Assembly: GCA_045627925.1 (NCBI GenBank)
Contig: JAZQOS010000021.1
Location: 75,469 to 139,468 of the forward strand
Reading direction: 5' to 3'
DNA: 64,000 bases
Source of the DNA: Kiritimatiellia bacterium
GTDB taxonomy: Bacteria > Verrucomicrobiota > Kiritimatiellia > RFP12 > UBA1067
Below, piece after piece: positions 44,534 through 57,000 of this stretch. Both the position numbers and the translations under genes were made by a program. The notes under the pieces were generated by a model. It did no database searches and had not been told where the DNA came from. It saw nothing but the letters and a program-made list of their open reading frames with translations. How positions within the stretch are numbered: position 1 is the first letter of the stretch; each line of letters begins with the position of its first letter.

Positions 44534-45697
44534 TTACTTATTTCCCTTTGCGCGATTGTGGGTCTTGCAAAGCATTTGGCAGTTGCCGATGTCGGTCGCT
44601 CCGCCCTTCGACCATGCGGTTACATGGTCTGCATCCATCTCATTAAAGCTATAGATTCTCGATTTGTTCGCCGCATGACCAATCGCGCAAAGCGGACAAT
44701 TCGATATTCCCTTGGCTTTGGCATCTTCGGTTTGCTTCGCATAAACTATCTTCGCCTCTTTGGGATCAAATACCCGAATCTCAAGTAGTTTTACGTCTTT
44801 TTCGCCTCCGAGAACATACTCAAAGACGCCTCGCCGATTTTTCACGCACTCGTCCGCATACAACGCTTTAACGCGCTCTATAACTTTCTTTGGGTTATAT
44901 GATGTTTTATGATATGTCTCGTAAAGCCGTCCCCACTCAAGTCCGCACATTTCATCTTCGGCGCACTCGAACACGCCGTCTATCCAATCGATTACCGTAT
45001 TGAAGTAGGTTTTAAGCTCCCTGATGTCCTTATCCCTGCGATGCTTGGCCATATAGCCATCGATATCGCCCTTCGACACCCAATTAAGCGCCTCGCGCAA
45101 AATCTCCTGGCGCTTCTCGTTCCCTTTTACATACGCCTTCCACTTTTGGAGATTGGAGTTATTGGAATTACTGAACTCTTCTTTTGCCGCAGTCACAAAC
45201 GGACCCGAGTAAATCGCGTTCAGAAGCTCTTGCTCATTTAGTGGAACGCCGACGATATTAATCGTCTTGAACCATTCCTTGATTTCCGGCTCTTCGCCTT
45301 CGCATACGTAAATCGTGAGCTTTGCGGCGAGAATGCGCTTTTGCAGCACCTTATCAAGCCCGTCAAAGTTTTGCTGCATCCCGTTCCTGTCGACAACCGC
45401 AAACTTATTCGTCACAAATCGTCCAATACTCGTAATTCGCTGTTGTCCATCCAATACCTCATACTTACCTTCCTTCGTTTTCACGAAGTAGATAAGCCCA
45501 AGCGGATATTCCTTGAGCAAGGAGTCGATTACCGCAACATCTTTCTTGCCGTCAGCATAAATATAGTTGCGCTGATACTCGGGCTGAATAACGAGCTTAC
45601 CACCCCACCCAAAAAGGCCCTTGCCTTCAAGCTCGTTATACACAAACCCATCGCAAATATCCGCAACTGTCAAATCAGTTATTAATGTCGTTTTCAT
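44534..45697 (-). CDS. DUF262 (ParB/GmrS-like NTP-binding) domain fused to a C-terminal HNH endonuclease
   Basis: DGQQR motif (LDGQQRITSIGRF); C-terminal CPLC...ADHVTAWSKGG...NCQMLCKTHNRAKGN (HNH with zinc ribbon); 387 aa; ATG overlaps the MTase stop (ATGA). Confidence 0.8.
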   Translation of the reverse strand: MKTTLITDLTVADICDGFVYNELEGKGLFGWGGKLVIQPEYQRNYIYADGKKDVAVIDSLLKEYPLGLIYFVKTKEGKYEVLDGQQRITSIGRFVTNKFAVVDRNGMQQNFDGLDKVLQKRILAAKLTIYVCEGEEPEIKEWFKTINIVGVPLNEQELLNAIYSGPFVTAAKEEFSNSNNSNLQKWKAYVKGNEKRQEILREALNWVSKGDIDGYMAKHRRDKDIRELKTYFNTVIDWIDGVFECAEDEMCGLEWGRLYETYHKTSYNPKKVIERVKALYADECVKNRRGVFEYVLGGEKDVKLLEIRVFDPKEAKIVYAKQTEDAKAKGISNCPLCAIGHAANKSRIYSFNEMDADHVTAWSKGGATDIGNCQMLCKTHNRAKGNK

Positions 45698-46890
45698 TTG
45701 CCCTTTCCTTTCCTCGCCTGCTTCCGATTCCTAATTAATATTCGCTGATAAACCTTCTCCTGTGTTTCACCAATTGTAATGACTCCACTAGCATTCAAGT
45801 CGTACGTCCCCTTCTTGCCAAACTTCTTGAAATACGCCGCCTTACACTCAGCCGAGGTGTAGACCCGAGTTTTCATGCCATATAAATCCTCATTCTCACA
45901 CATTCCCAATATCTCAAACTGCTCCGGACAATACTTATCAAGAAACGAGATTGGCACGCCCATTACGCCCTTGTAATCACTTGGGATTGCATCGGTATAT
46001 GGAATCTCAATTGCATCATAATTATCATACTTTTGATAACCGATATTTCGCACTTCCTTGTGCTTCGAATACTTGATGTTGTCAGCCTCGCTCATCAATT
46101 GAAGAGGTTGATGTCGCCGCCCATGCTCAAGATTGGTAAACCATCTAACACCTTTTACGCGAATAAATTTACTTCCTTTTTCATCAACTCGCGTTCCTGC
46201 TGCATAAAGCGGATACTCATCTGGAACGCCAAACTCACGATCTCCGCTATGAATACTTTCGCCTAGCCATAACTTATTTTCCTTAATCAAGGGAAATACC
46301 TCTTTATAAGTTATAGCGTTCATATTCCCGATAATTAAGAATTCCTTCTTTGCTTCCACAATCCAAGCCAAAAACTCACGGAAAAGCGAAAACGGCGGAT
46401 TAGTTACGATAATATCGGCTTCGTCGCGAAGCTTCCTTACCTCATTACTACGAAAATCACCGTCGCCTTTTAGATACTTCCACTCCAAGTCCTCAATATC
46501 AATCCGCCCATTCTTGTTGGTGTCGTGATCAAGAACGAATATCTTGCCCTTTACGCGCGTTTTCTTCTTATCAAAATGCGGAGACTTCGTTTCAAATAGG
46601 GTTGGTTGGTAAATCTGCTTTATATTCTTTGATTCGATTGCATAGCTGGTCGAGATCAGTTTTTTAAGCCCAAAGTGTTCAAAGTTTTGGGCGAAGAACT
46701 TGGTAAAGTTGCTCCACTCGGGATCGTCGCACGGCAAAAGAACTGTCTTGCCACGAAAAACATTCGGGTCATATTCCAAGTACGCATTGACCTCTTTTTG
46801 GATGTCAGCATATTGCGTATAGAACTCGTCGTTCTTCGCACTCTTCGCCTTCGATAGATTCGTGTTCGCCATGTCTTTCCGTTCGCGCAT
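45694..46890 (-). CDS. N6-adenine DNA methyltransferase, EcoRI-methylase-like family
   Basis: N-terminal NDEFYTQ motif; motif IV DIIVTNPPFS; ~398 aa (an alternative ATG lies at 46872). Confidence 0.75.
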   Translation of the reverse strand: MRERKDMANTNLSKAKSAKNDEFYTQYADIQKEVNAYLEYDPNVFRGKTVLLPCDDPEWSNFTKFFAQNFEHFGLKKLISTSYAIESKNIKQIYQPTLFETKSPHFDKKKTRVKGKIFVLDHDTNKNGRIDIEDLEWKYLKGDGDFRSNEVRKLRDEADIIVTNPPFSLFREFLAWIVEAKKEFLIIGNMNAITYKEVFPLIKENKLWLGESIHSGDREFGVPDEYPLYAAGTRVDEKGSKFIRVKGVRWFTNLEHGRRHQPLQLMSEADNIKYSKHKEVRNIGYQKYDNYDAIEIPYTDAIPSDYKGVMGVPISFLDKYCPEQFEILGMCENEDLYGMKTRVYTSAECKAAYFKKFGKKGTYDLNASGVITIGETQEKVYQRILIRNRKQARKGKGK

Positions 46891-47270
46891 ATCGCAAAAC
46901 AGTCAGACATGAAAAGCGGCACGCCTCTCCACGTCGCTCCGTGGCTCTGGAAAGCCCATAAGAAACGTGAAGAGGCGGCCAGATTGCTGGCACACCTCTG
47001 CAAACACGTCGTCTTATTTGAAATTTTCCAGATTTCGGAGCCGACTTGTCTTGCAGTGATGCAAGTAAATTATTGTGCAGCCAAGGGTGGGCTTTTCGCG
47101 GGACTTTTGCGAACCCGTAGGCTCGACTCCCATCTACTTCGCCAGTTCTATGACCTATGTGGTTCCCCTCGCGGAGAACATGAAATATTATAGCAAAAAT
47201 TTCTTATACTTAGTACATACAGATGTGTTGTTGTTTTTTATGTTTTCTTTTTTTGTCTTGTTTATGTTAG

Positions 47271-47350
47271 TGTCTCTATTGGAGACTCCGGAGTCTCTAT
47301 TGGAGACTTCAAAGTCTCTATTGGAGACTATCGAGTCTCCATTGGAGACT
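47271..47350. repeat. Four tandem ~21-bp units, each a perfect palindrome AGTCTC-N5-GAGACT
   Basis: GTCTCTATTGGAGACT at 47272, 47293 and 47315; GTCTCCATTGGAGACT at 47335. Confidence 0.85.
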
Positions 47351-47527
47351 GCCATTAACGCTCGTTAACGCCTTTTGTTGATAACTTCTGGCAAACTGAG
47401 GACTTGACCCTCCTTTTCGCATGGATAACGAGGTTTATCAGTATATTTTGATTGCAGTAACACCCCTCCCCCACCCAGAAAAAAGGCCAAAAAAACGTTG
47501 TGAGGGGGGGTAACTGCTATTAAAAGT

Positions 47528-47575
47528 GATAATTAATAATAATATATATATTTATTATTATTTTACTTAAATAAC
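47528..47575. repeat. ~45-bp pure A/T tract (possible DNA-unwinding element), preceded by a C-run/G-run inverted repeat at 47461-47510
   Basis: AATTAATAATAATATATATATTTATTATTATTTTACTTAAATAA; CCCCTCCCCCACCC ... GAGGGGGGG. Confidence 0.7.
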
Positions 47576-47584
47576 CCCTATTTT

Positions 47585-47668
47585 GATAGCAGTTTGATAG
47601 CAGTTGATAGCAGTTTTCAACTGCAATCAAGCCCTATTTTGACCCCAGATTGCAGTTTTCAACTGCAA
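47585..47668. repeat. Three tandem GATAGCAGTT repeats plus two copies of the palindrome (TT)GCAGTT-TTC-AACTGC(AA)
   Basis: GATAGCAGTT at 47585, 47596 and 47606; palindromes at 47612-47626 and 47650-47668. Confidence 0.85.
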
Positions 47669-47724
47669 CCAAACTGCAGTCAAACCGCAACCATTCTCTC
47701 CCGCTGGCGGGTAGCGATATGGTC

Positions 47725-47806
47725 GTTGGGGGTTTGAGGTTTGACTGTTGGGGGTTTTGACTTTGAGCGTTGGGGGTTTTGACTTTGAGCGTTGGGGGTT
47801 TTGAGC
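47725..47806. repeat. Four tandem 22-bp iteron-like direct repeats GTTGGGGGTTTTGACTTTGAGC
   Basis: Copies start at 47725, 47747, 47769 and 47791 (the last is truncated). Confidence 0.85.
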
Positions 47807-47999
47807 ATCTCTGCTGGTAGAAAGCTCGACCCGTTATCCCCTTTTGATCGACCTCGCCGACGGGTAAGACAAAATCGGTTAACGGGCAAGACCAAAAGTG
47901 GTATACCACTTTACCCCTTACCCGTTAACGGGTTTTCGAAAAAGGGTATACCCTTTTTCAAAAAAGGGTATACCACTTTTGGCTTTTACCAGCAGAGAT
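47807..47999. repeat. Inverted repeat TCTCTGCTGGTA / TACCAGCAGAGA bracketing three perfect 18-bp palindromes (AAAGTGGTATACCACTTT, AAAGGGTATACCCTTT, AAAAGGGTATACCACTTTT) and a CCGTTAACGG palindrome
   Basis: Sequence read directly; coordinates 47808-47819 and 47988-47999 for the flanking inverted repeat. Confidence 0.8.
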
Positions 48000-48093
48000 C
48001 GTAAAATAGCCCGCCTACGCAGTTTCCAAGTCGTAGTTGTAGAAAGGAGGCTTAAAATTCCACTCTACCACTACAACTTGATACTACAACTAT

Positions 48094-51000
48094 TTACCTG
48101 ACTATGATGCGGGGAGCGCGATGAATCACCGGCGTCTTCGGGAATAGTTCCGTATAGGCCTTGATTTCCGAAGTGTTCAACACGCGTGAGTAAAGCCGAC
48201 CATCTTGTAAATAAACTTTTTCATTTGACGTTTGTGCATGCGTATAAGAGCAAGCTGTATTATTGAAAAGGAATGCAAGTTCTTTTTCACCCGACTCACC
48301 AGCTTTAACGCCATCCACATATAACGTCCATTTTCCATATGATCCGCTCAAACTGTCAAATGTAATAATGTAAGTATGGGTTTGCTTATTAGCAAATGGG
48401 ACGGTAACTCCTTCCGATGGATAATACGAAGTTGCACCGTTGCCACTGATAAAGAATTTAATCTTATTGGCAGTATCACCCGTCATAAGTCCAACCTTAA
48501 CTTTGGTAGCTCCCCATGCCAAGTTTTCCGCCCAAAGCTCCTCTTTTGCATTCGCCGTCTTAAGCGAGCAGGCAATGGTCATTGACGAGGGCGAAGTTGC
48601 AAGTTTCGTCGCATCGTAGTTCGGCGTCTCCGTGCTGAACTGATAAAAGATAGTGTCAAGATCTACCGGCTGTTCGACGACATAAAGTCCATCGTCACGC
48701 TTTTCGAGAGTAAGGCCAGCGGCATTGAGCGAAGCGCTGGTGAAAGTTTTCTCATAGGGCGTGCTCCACGTAATCAGCCGCGTTCCGACCGCGATCGAAG
48801 TCGGAACGATGAGCTCAATCGTGTCTTGAGCGAGCGTAACTCCACTTAAAGTAATCGGCGCTACGCCAGCCGCAAGCGAAATGGTCGCACAGTCAATCGA
48901 CCCTGAACCCGTGAAGGTATAGGACGATAAAGTTGAATTAAAGTTCATCTGCGAGCAAGCAACATCTTCATTGACGGTAACTGTTACTGCATTGACCAGT
49001 CCGCCACTCGTCGTTGAAACTGCGTCTTCAAAGCTCACCGCATTGCCGCTCGTCGTGCCAGTTCCATTATTAAAGCCACTCGCCGTCCATTCGCCGCTCT
49101 CCGTCGACCACGCCGTACCGCCTACACTTGCATTGGCCGCTGCACAAAGCCATCCATCAGAAACTGCAAGTTCCTTATCGAGCAACGCGCCAGCAACACG
49201 GAAAGTCGCCTTCGAAAACTCAAAGTCGTCTACTACGTGAATGAGCTTCAAGACTCCCGTTGCACCCTCCGTTCCGCTTGCATCAATAATACCAACCGGA
49301 TTGGAGTCGAGCGTAAAGCTACTATTGAGCTTAATTACGAGCGTGCCATTACCATTAAGTGCAACCTTGCTGGTGCTTGGCGACTTAAAGCTAAAGCTAC
49401 TCAAATAAATTGATTGATTTGAAGGTGGTGCAAAAACAACCAGTCCATTGTCAACAATCTCCGCTCCATACTCTCCACCAACTGCATTGCTCCGATCAAA
49501 ACCAACACACCCCTTCTCGTCTACTACCACTTCAACTAATCCATTCGCATTACTTATTGCGAGCATAAGCGACTGCTTGTGATTAGCCGTCTCTTCCAAC
49601 GAGGTAACAGTGAGGGTAAAGTGGCCTGGCTGATTTCCACTCGCCCTTGGGAAGGATCCCGTAAACAAAGTATACTCCGTCTGCGTCACTTCAATCCACC
49701 GATTGCCGGAGTTTGTCGTATCGTAACGGAACACACCACTACCACTCAAATTGGTAATCTTAAATGGCGTTTGTGCCGTATTATAACTCGGTCCAATAAA
49801 GATAGTTGAATTATTGCAAAACGAGAGTGTGGATGCAAACGAATTGGTAGGCGGATAAATATAGTTTCCACTTGCCGTCGAGAAAAACTCAACCGTGCCT
49901 TCGCCGGTAATATTACTTAGGTCGCACTCTTCAAGCGCAGTCACATTGTCCGCATGCTCAAAGACGAGTCGTCCACCATGCTCCACGATAACTTCATGAC
50001 CGTTAAGTGGCGCTGGATTGTTGTTGCTCATGCCAACGCGCACAGTAACCCCATCACTAATCACCAACTTCGCCGCATCTTTGATGAGGCAAAGCCGCGC
50101 CTCGCCAATGCCAACCAAGCGAAGCGTGCCATCGCCCGAAAGATAAATATCGTTGCCAAGCTCTTCCGTACCGAAACTATTGACGTTGCGCTCAACAACT
50201 TCATTGTCCTTGACCTCAATCGCATCTGGCCAAGCGGGGAATTCGTCTGCGAGCGCTTGAATCGCCGCTGGTGGAAGCGCGTAATCATACGCCCGCACAT
50301 CGTCCAAAATACCATCCACAGATTTAGAACCTACCCCACCACCGCAGACACTAAAGAATTGCCACTTCACAAGATCAGGTAGCGGCTGAGCGCCGGTAAG
50401 TTCAGTAGCTTCGCCAATCTTCTTACCATCTACATAAAAGGTATAGACACCTTTATGATACGTAAGTGCATAAGAATAGAAGCGCGCTGTCGCCGCCATT
50501 ACATCGCCTTGGATGAGATACGTAAAGCTGTTGCCGCCACCCCAACGACTAATTGCTGCATGATTCGCATCAACTGTCGTGAGCGCAAGGCCAGCCGAAT
50601 TGTCGCCTAATGAAAAATGCATAGCATTCTGATTCGTCCCTAAACGTGCACACCACGCAAAGGTCCAATCATTGGGACCAATGTAGAAGCGCCGCTCGTC
50701 ATTGGCATTATTATTGGCCTTTTCGGCCTTTACACCGTAACCATTGCGTGTCTTGGTATAAGCGTCGAGGTTTAAGCTCCCAAGATTGGTAATCCCGTGG
50801 CTTCCCCAGCTATTGACATGCTGATCAAACTTAAGCCCAGTTGTGACATCGTTAAGGTTGGCAATCTTGTAGATGAGCTTATTGCCGCTTTGAGTCCATA
50901 CGCCCATCGGATTCGTCTCGCCATTAGGGCCTACGACCTCGACTAAGAATTTATCCGCCTCATAGGTGAAACCATCCGCAATTTGAATGAGATCACAACC

Positions 51001-54000
51001 AACGGACACATCGCCCAAAGCGAAGATAAGTTTACCGACAGGATTCGAGGCAAGGGTCGCAATTGATGGTGCAAGCCCCGACAACGTAACACCGCCCGTA
51101 ATAATAAGCGATCCCGTAAACTGACGGAACTGATCGGTAATCACAACCGACGAGTCACCACTCGCATTGCCGTTAAAGGTAATTGCCGAAACGCCACCTA
51201 AGTAAGCATCCCCAACGAGCGTAGTAAAGTTGCTCGATCCCGCTTCGAGATCGAAAACGAGTGGCTGCGCGTCTGCGCCCTCCGTCTTCCAGACGAGTTT
51301 CCCGTTTTCAATGTCGTCCATCGTTACCGCTTTCCAACGACGATCACCATTGGGAGCAACCGCAACCATAGTCAAAGGTTCTTCACCCAACATAAAGCCG
51401 CTTTGTACTGGAATTATTTCCGTCTTAGCATCAAAGGCACTTACATTAAACCGAATTGAGCCAGTCGTGCCCGAATAAAGCTTATACTTGCTGGCCACAT
51501 CTGAATAGGTCGTAAGATCAATCACATCACCATTAGTGGTAATATATCCATTGCCCTTTAAGTTTTCGCTGCTATTGACCCGAGCATTACGGCCCATGAT
51601 TAGAAGTCCACTGTTGTTAATATCTCCATTCCAATAGCCATTGAGTTCTAAGCAGCCACTCGTTTCAATATCAAGTGGCTGACTACTATCAGAATGAGCT
51701 CCAGAAGCGCTTGACGAGGTGCCAGAATAAATTAGTCGCCGATTAACCGATGGCGTTGATTCACTACCTGCTACCACCAACTTAACCCCGATTGTCGCAC
51801 CAAGTAATTTAAATGCAGGACACAATGCGCCATTCCACTCGCTCGCCCGCGATTGGATAGTACGAAGTGCACGCAATCCAGCCATTGCAGTTACACGCGA
51901 AAAATCATTACCCACAATGCTTATGATATTGTTCGCATTGATGTTACCAATGCCAATCATACCCGCACCGCTAAGATTTGAGACTTCCATAGGATTTGTC
52001 CTATGATCAAGCTGCATCTCAAGCTCGGTGTGCAAGACGAGTGAAAGTGTAGAGGCAAACATCTTCGCCTTAACTGGCACCATAAATCTAAAGTTTCCAT
52101 CCTGAACGATTTCCACTTCGCCATCTCCCGTAAGTCCACTCCAGTTAGCAGTCGTGGACGAGAAATATTGCGTATGGTGAATGACAAGGCGTGAGCCCAA
52201 CTTAACTTCAACATGTCCCGTTTCAACTGGCGAGACATTACTATTCAAGGTAATGGTCGTATTTGCGCCAGTATCCAGCGACAAAACGCCCGATCCCGTA
52301 ACATAGTCAAAGACCGGAAGAATGTCGCCTTGAATAGTTGCAGGACCATTCATCGTGAACTCAGATGGCAATTTAACCGATACCCCATCATTTGCCTTCA
52401 AAATGAGTTTCTCGGTAGCCAAGCCGCTAACTGGCCCAATAGTCAGTTTCGTCGTCGGACAAGCACCCACAATAACTGTCGCCCCATCAGTTGCCGCTTC
52501 CAGTCGCGCAGCATAAACGTCATTCCAGTTTTCAATCTCAACTTCGCTCTCGTCGTAAGCACGCCAAGAAAGCTGCGTCCAATCGGTTTCACCCGCTGGC
52601 ACCGTTGCGTGGATTTCTGGTGGAACGAGATAGACAAAAGTTCCCTCGCGTGAAAGGAAGAACCCTTCGGTCCTACCGCCTTCAATTGGTTGAAACGCTT
52701 GCGCATCAAGTCCTCCGATTGGCCAAAGCGAATCCTCGTCAATTGTGAGCACTTTCTGGCGAGAGGCCTTAACGTTTTCGGTGATGGCAATATAAAGAGC
52801 GCCTTGGGCTCCTTCGCCAAGCGCCCACTTCTCCGACGGCTCATAGATATAGACACTGTCGTTACCACCACTTACGAGCACTCCGCTCGAAGGTCCTTTA
52901 ATATTAGTTTCAGTTGCAGAATAAAGAATGCCCTCCTCAATTTCCACATTATTCAAAGTGACATTCTCAAATCCTTCCAGATGAAGTTCGCCCACTTTCA
53001 ATTCGCCGCCCTCAGCAATCGTGAAAGTAAAGCTCTTGACCGTATCATCCGCAGGAACGAACTTAAGCGTATTAAAGCGAGCTGGTTTATCTAAGGTGAG
53101 GGTCGCGTTATTCACAGCAACGGTAATTACACCGTCCGCCGTCCAGTCAAGATAACTTTCGCTCCACTTCTTCGTAAACGCCGTGCCATTGCCCGACCAT
53201 GCGGCGTCGTCCCAGTTAAGATTCGCCGAATTGACAGTCATTGTATAGGGCGAGGCGATATCGTCGCGCTTAACAAGGCAAAGCGCACCATCTTGAACCG
53301 CGAGCGAACAAGTGTCGCCTTCGACTTCTAACTTGCGCAAATCTTGCATATTCCAATGATGACCCGTGCCACCAATAATCACTTGTGGAGTTGCTGATGG
53401 GGTAAAGTCGCTGACATCAATCTTCACCTTCGAGCCGTCCTCCGGCCAAACGATTGAGGTAGTTGAATTCCACTCAAGATACTTTTCGTTTTCCGCTTTA
53501 AGGTAAGCGCCCTTATTGAGGACAAGATTCATCTTGTGGGAACCTTGCAAGGTCAACTTGCCGCCCTCATTTATCGTAATTTCAGTCCAATTATCGCCAT
53601 CTCCGCGCAATGTTGTCGCCTCGAAAATGCCGCCAGCTGCTACTTCTACGATAGGCGATATGATTTCCGTACCTTCTGCATCGCCACCCGAAACATAAAG
53701 TCGCGTATTGAAAATGAGCGGAAGCTCAAAGTGCGTCCAACCACCGATGACGAGCGAGTCGAAAGTAAGGGTTGCGTCTACTGCCGTTTGCGCTCGCTTA
53801 AAGGTGTACTTAGTAGTTGAGTTCGCAAAGCAAGTAAACGGACTTACAATGGAAGTCGCAAGTTGCACCGTAGCTACACTACCCGCAATATCGGGGAAGT
53901 AGACGCGCTCAGTTGGATCAAAAGCGGCCTCTTTACCATTCTTGCGCCACGGCTTAAAGGTCTTCTCCGAAGTCCACACTTCGTCTTCGCTCACCCATTC

Positions 54001-57000
54001 AAGAAGTGTACCCGACTGGAAGATAGTACCAGTTTGGGTATATTCAGCAATGATCTCGCCTTCGTCTTGAGCTTTGACCTTAACGGCAAACTCACCCTCC
54101 ACCACCATTGCGCTTGCAATCGGGACAACTTGATAGAAGTTACCCTCCTCGTATGGCAGGACAATCGTCGTTCCACTTGCAAATTCGAGGCGCTCAAGAT
54201 TGGAAAGCGGTAGCTTCTCCATTTCCATAGTTACGCCTTCACCAATGCGAATCGTACCATCAAGTCCATCCGCATTACCTACAATGACGCGACCTAAACC
54301 CGTAAAGACGAGCTTATCATCACTTCCCGCATTAAAGTCCGCATCAAGCCGGCAAACCGCACCCTCGTTGAGATAGATGGTTGTCGTGCCAATTAAGTTG
54401 AACCTACCACCATTCGTAGTTAAAAATCTGCAATTTCCGCTCATCTCCAAGGTAGCTTTATCGAGATAGAAGTCTTCCGTCGCATCAACTGCGAGCGTCG
54501 AGTTAGTCATCACGAGCTTCTTCTCGCTCACACGCTCTGAATAATTATTGCCGCTACTATCTTTTGCACCACGCCAACGATTTTGGCGGAAAGTCAAAAC
54601 TGAATTATTAAGTGTCGCCAAAGTATCACCCTCGTAGCCATCAAATGCTTCGTATGTTTCGAGGGTAAGGGCAATATTCTTAAGCGTGAGCGGCAAGAAG
54701 CGAACGAGTTCGCCTTTTATCTTCTGCTGATTGGTTCGTAAAACGTTGTTGCTTGAGACAATTGGAGATTGCCCTTCAAAACTAAGTGTTTGAAGAGTAT
54801 TATCGATTCCGCCTAAATCAAGAATCGCACCACCGCCTTGAAAAGCAATACTCCGTGCATTTGAAACTCCATTAATGAAATAGTACTTCTGGCCTTCGTT
54901 ATTGTTGTTAAGGACAAGATTGCCAGTGTTAGTAAAGTTAATCTTGCCCAAGCCTACACCTCCAGAGACCCCAATCTTAAGTGTGCCGCTCGAGACATTG
55001 AGGTCTTTCATGAGACGAAGTGAACTTGTACCTTTAAGTTCAAAGGTGCTTCCCGCATTCTGCGTCACGTTCATCGTCATGCCACCGTATGGTAGCTCCG
55101 TCTTCCCAAGTTCCTCTTCAATCGTATTAGGCACCATCGTAATTGTGGCTCCGCCCGAAACATTGAAGTTGATGTTATTCGCGTGATAGAAGGTGGAAGC
55201 GCTACCATTCTTCGTCCAATTCTGACTCGTCATATCCCATGTGCCATCGCTTCCACCAGCCCATGTGTAATCAAACTTATCTGAAATCTTGATTAAGGGA
55301 TCTCCATAGAGCATTTCGATCATCATACAGTAAAGACCGCCCTCGTTGATGTTCTTCTGTCCCACGGGCAAGTTGGAATTACCATTGCTAAGGTAAGTTC
55401 TAACCGAGTTTAACCACGCCTCGCCTGCGCAGTAACCTTGCGCAACGTTATCGCACATGTGATAGTGCATACGGTTGGAGAGTCCCTTACCATTAAGCTC
55501 CTCGGTTTCGAAGTAGCTTAAGCCCACGCGCGTATTATTCATAGACGCGATAAAACCACCAGTTTCGGTGATATTCGCAAGTCCTGCTTCACCCAAGCAA
55601 AGATTGAGTACGAGTTTACCATTGTTCCGCCCATAAAGATCGGGGAAACCAGTTTCGCACGAAATACCTACAACGTTAATCTTGGTAAGACCTGGCTGAG
55701 TTAAAAACATCGTCGAATTAAACATGGACGATCCACCCGCCCAACCGTGTCCATTGTTGGAGCCAGTTTCCTTATCGTAATTATAAAAGTCATTATAGAA
55801 AGAACTCTTCGTTGAATTGTGCGAAACAATATCGGGCTCATGGAAACCCATTGCGTCAATAATCGGATGACGCGGCGCCATAATCTCTTTCGCATGACGA
55901 CGTGTAAGCGGACCATCATCACGGAAACCAAATCCATGGACTGGATCATACATATTGGGAACATTATCAAAAAACTCACGCTCATCGCGAAGGACTAAGC
56001 GTGGATCGGTCATATCGCGTGGCGTATAATTTAAAGGTGAGGAAGTAAGACCCATCTTGAAGTTACCTCTAAACTTAGGATCTTCTGCACGATTCACTTT
56101 CTTAACGAAGTTGGTGATAATCTCATGCTGGTTCATCGTCACGCCATTGACCATTACTGGCTTCATCGTCATACGCGAAACCGCAAAGTCTGGCCTTAAG
56201 TTGCAGTGCTCAGATTCGTGATCGATAATTTTTCCGTTAGCGTCAAGAATTCGAGTCATATAACGTCCATCGCCATTATAGTCCCACGGATGACCTTTGT
56301 TGTCCGCTCCCCGCGTAACGCACGCATAAAACAAATCGGTTGGGGCGCGTGCGCCATGACACTCCATACAAATGGAAGGAACTGCGTTATTGAGCGTAAT
56401 TTCCGTGCCATCTTGCAAATAGTGTGCTTCACTATTATCTGCTGTTACATCATACCACGATCCACCAAGAACCACATACTTAAGTGCGTGACTTTTGGAA
56501 TACTGAGTTAAATAAGCATGAAGCGATTCTGCAGGGTTTGCGTAGGTAGTAGAGGTTTCGCCGTTCCAACCATTAAACGGATAAGCGTTGTAAGCATCAA
56601 TCGTGTTGATGATGTCAAAAGTAAGCGTGGGATGGTTTTTCTTGCGCTCGCCAATATACCACGACCAAGTATCATACAAATCTGGCGGCGAGATCATAAG
56701 GTAATCAACTGCCGTACCTTGAGCGGCGGCCATCAATTGCTCGGCCTTGGGCGCGGCATCTTCGGGGTTAACGAGCGTGGAGAGAGTGGCGGCAATATAG
56801 TCGGGGTGAGCGAGAGGCGTGGAGGTTGATGGAGAGGAGGTTGAGGCGGAGGGAGAGACGGAAAGGGTTGACATCAAGCGCGGCTTTTCGGTAAAGACCA
56901 CCGACAGCTTGAGGTTTTTCGCTTTTTCCAAGCGTTCATTCTCGTACCTAAATGGCGTGACGCCGACGATAACTACATCAAGAGCGGTAATCTTCTCGAC

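Noticed and set aside
46909-47193. 94-aa ORF, and a tRNA/tmRNA-like 3' end motif (...GGCTCGACTCCCATCTACTTCGCCA) near 47120-47150
   Set aside because: The ORF has no RBS and an arbitrary composition. The putative T-arm and acceptor cannot be folded into a cloverleaf or a tmRNA tRNA-like domain. It could still be an island attachment-site relic, but the evidence is insufficient.
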